Origin: Elusimicrobiota bacterium
GTDB lineage: Bacteria; Elusimicrobiota; Elusimicrobia; UBA1565
Length of the DNA: 35,079 nucleotides
Assembly: GCA_043819795.1 (NCBI GenBank)
Contig: JBDREN010000063.1
Coordinates: forward strand, 1-35,079
Direction of reading: 5' to 3'
In this document: in pieces, positions 34,962-35,079 of the stretch
Layout: each line of letters begins with the position of its first letter
Numbering within the stretch: position 1 is the stretch's first letter
Notes under the pieces: model-generated
Seen by the model: only the letters and a program-made list of their open reading frames with translations
Database searches by the model: none
Told to the model about the DNA's origin: nothing
Program-made: the position numbers and the translations under genes

Positions 34962-35079
34962 TAATCATATAGAGATCCCCTCCCACAGGTTGTATTGTTT
35001 CGTTGCAAGACGAACATTCCAACCCAAGGAGGGGACTGATGAAATTATACGTAGGAATCGACCTGCATTCCAACAACAG
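34962..35079 (+). mobile_element. IS110-family (IS1111-like) insertion sequence, left end (truncated by window)
   Basis: Left end TAATCAT-ATAGAGATCCCCTCCC, short leader, and a transposase start. The left boundary is inferred from the broken repeat. Confidence 0.75.
35039..35079 (+). CDS. IS110-family DEDD transposase/recombinase, N-terminal fragment
   Basis: AAGGAGG RBS, then MKLYVGIDLHSNN, the GIDLH first catalytic motif of IS110 enzymes. Only 13 codons are visible. Confidence 0.75.
   Translation, partial: MKLYVGIDLHSNN

Overview
GC-rich bacterial chromosomal window; the Ala-rich exported proteins suggest Elusimicrobiota, but that is inference only. No rRNA, tRNA or CRISPR is visible. Left to right it holds: a 5-PAS hybrid histidine kinase; a large secreted/membrane GH13 fusion protein; an EF-G paralog; a lexA - inactive RecA/RadA-like - small helical protein - PolB2-type polymerase operon, with a palindromic candidate SOS box inside a near-consensus sigma70 promoter; several small genes; a system II cytochrome c maturation / hemerythrin / tetraheme cytochrome operon; an NtrB/NtrC-type two-component system; a short, divergent sigma54 (RpoN); an 8-gene 2-oxoacid:ferredoxin oxidoreductase - double HdrA/MvhD - HdrD-like - EtfAB operon; and the start of an IS110/IS1111 transposase. 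There are three main highlights. (1) A self-contained variant-sigma54 module: an altered RpoN box, an adjacent GAFTGA activator, and three GG-N10-GC promoters that all share TGTTGC. (2) The LexA-controlled, archaeal-type PolB2 mutagenesis cassette with a TGTAC-N4-GTACA operator. (3) Several families of miniature inverted-repeat elements sitting on TAG stop codons, one family apparently targeted by the IS1111-like element. All calls come from reading motifs by eye; no searches were run.
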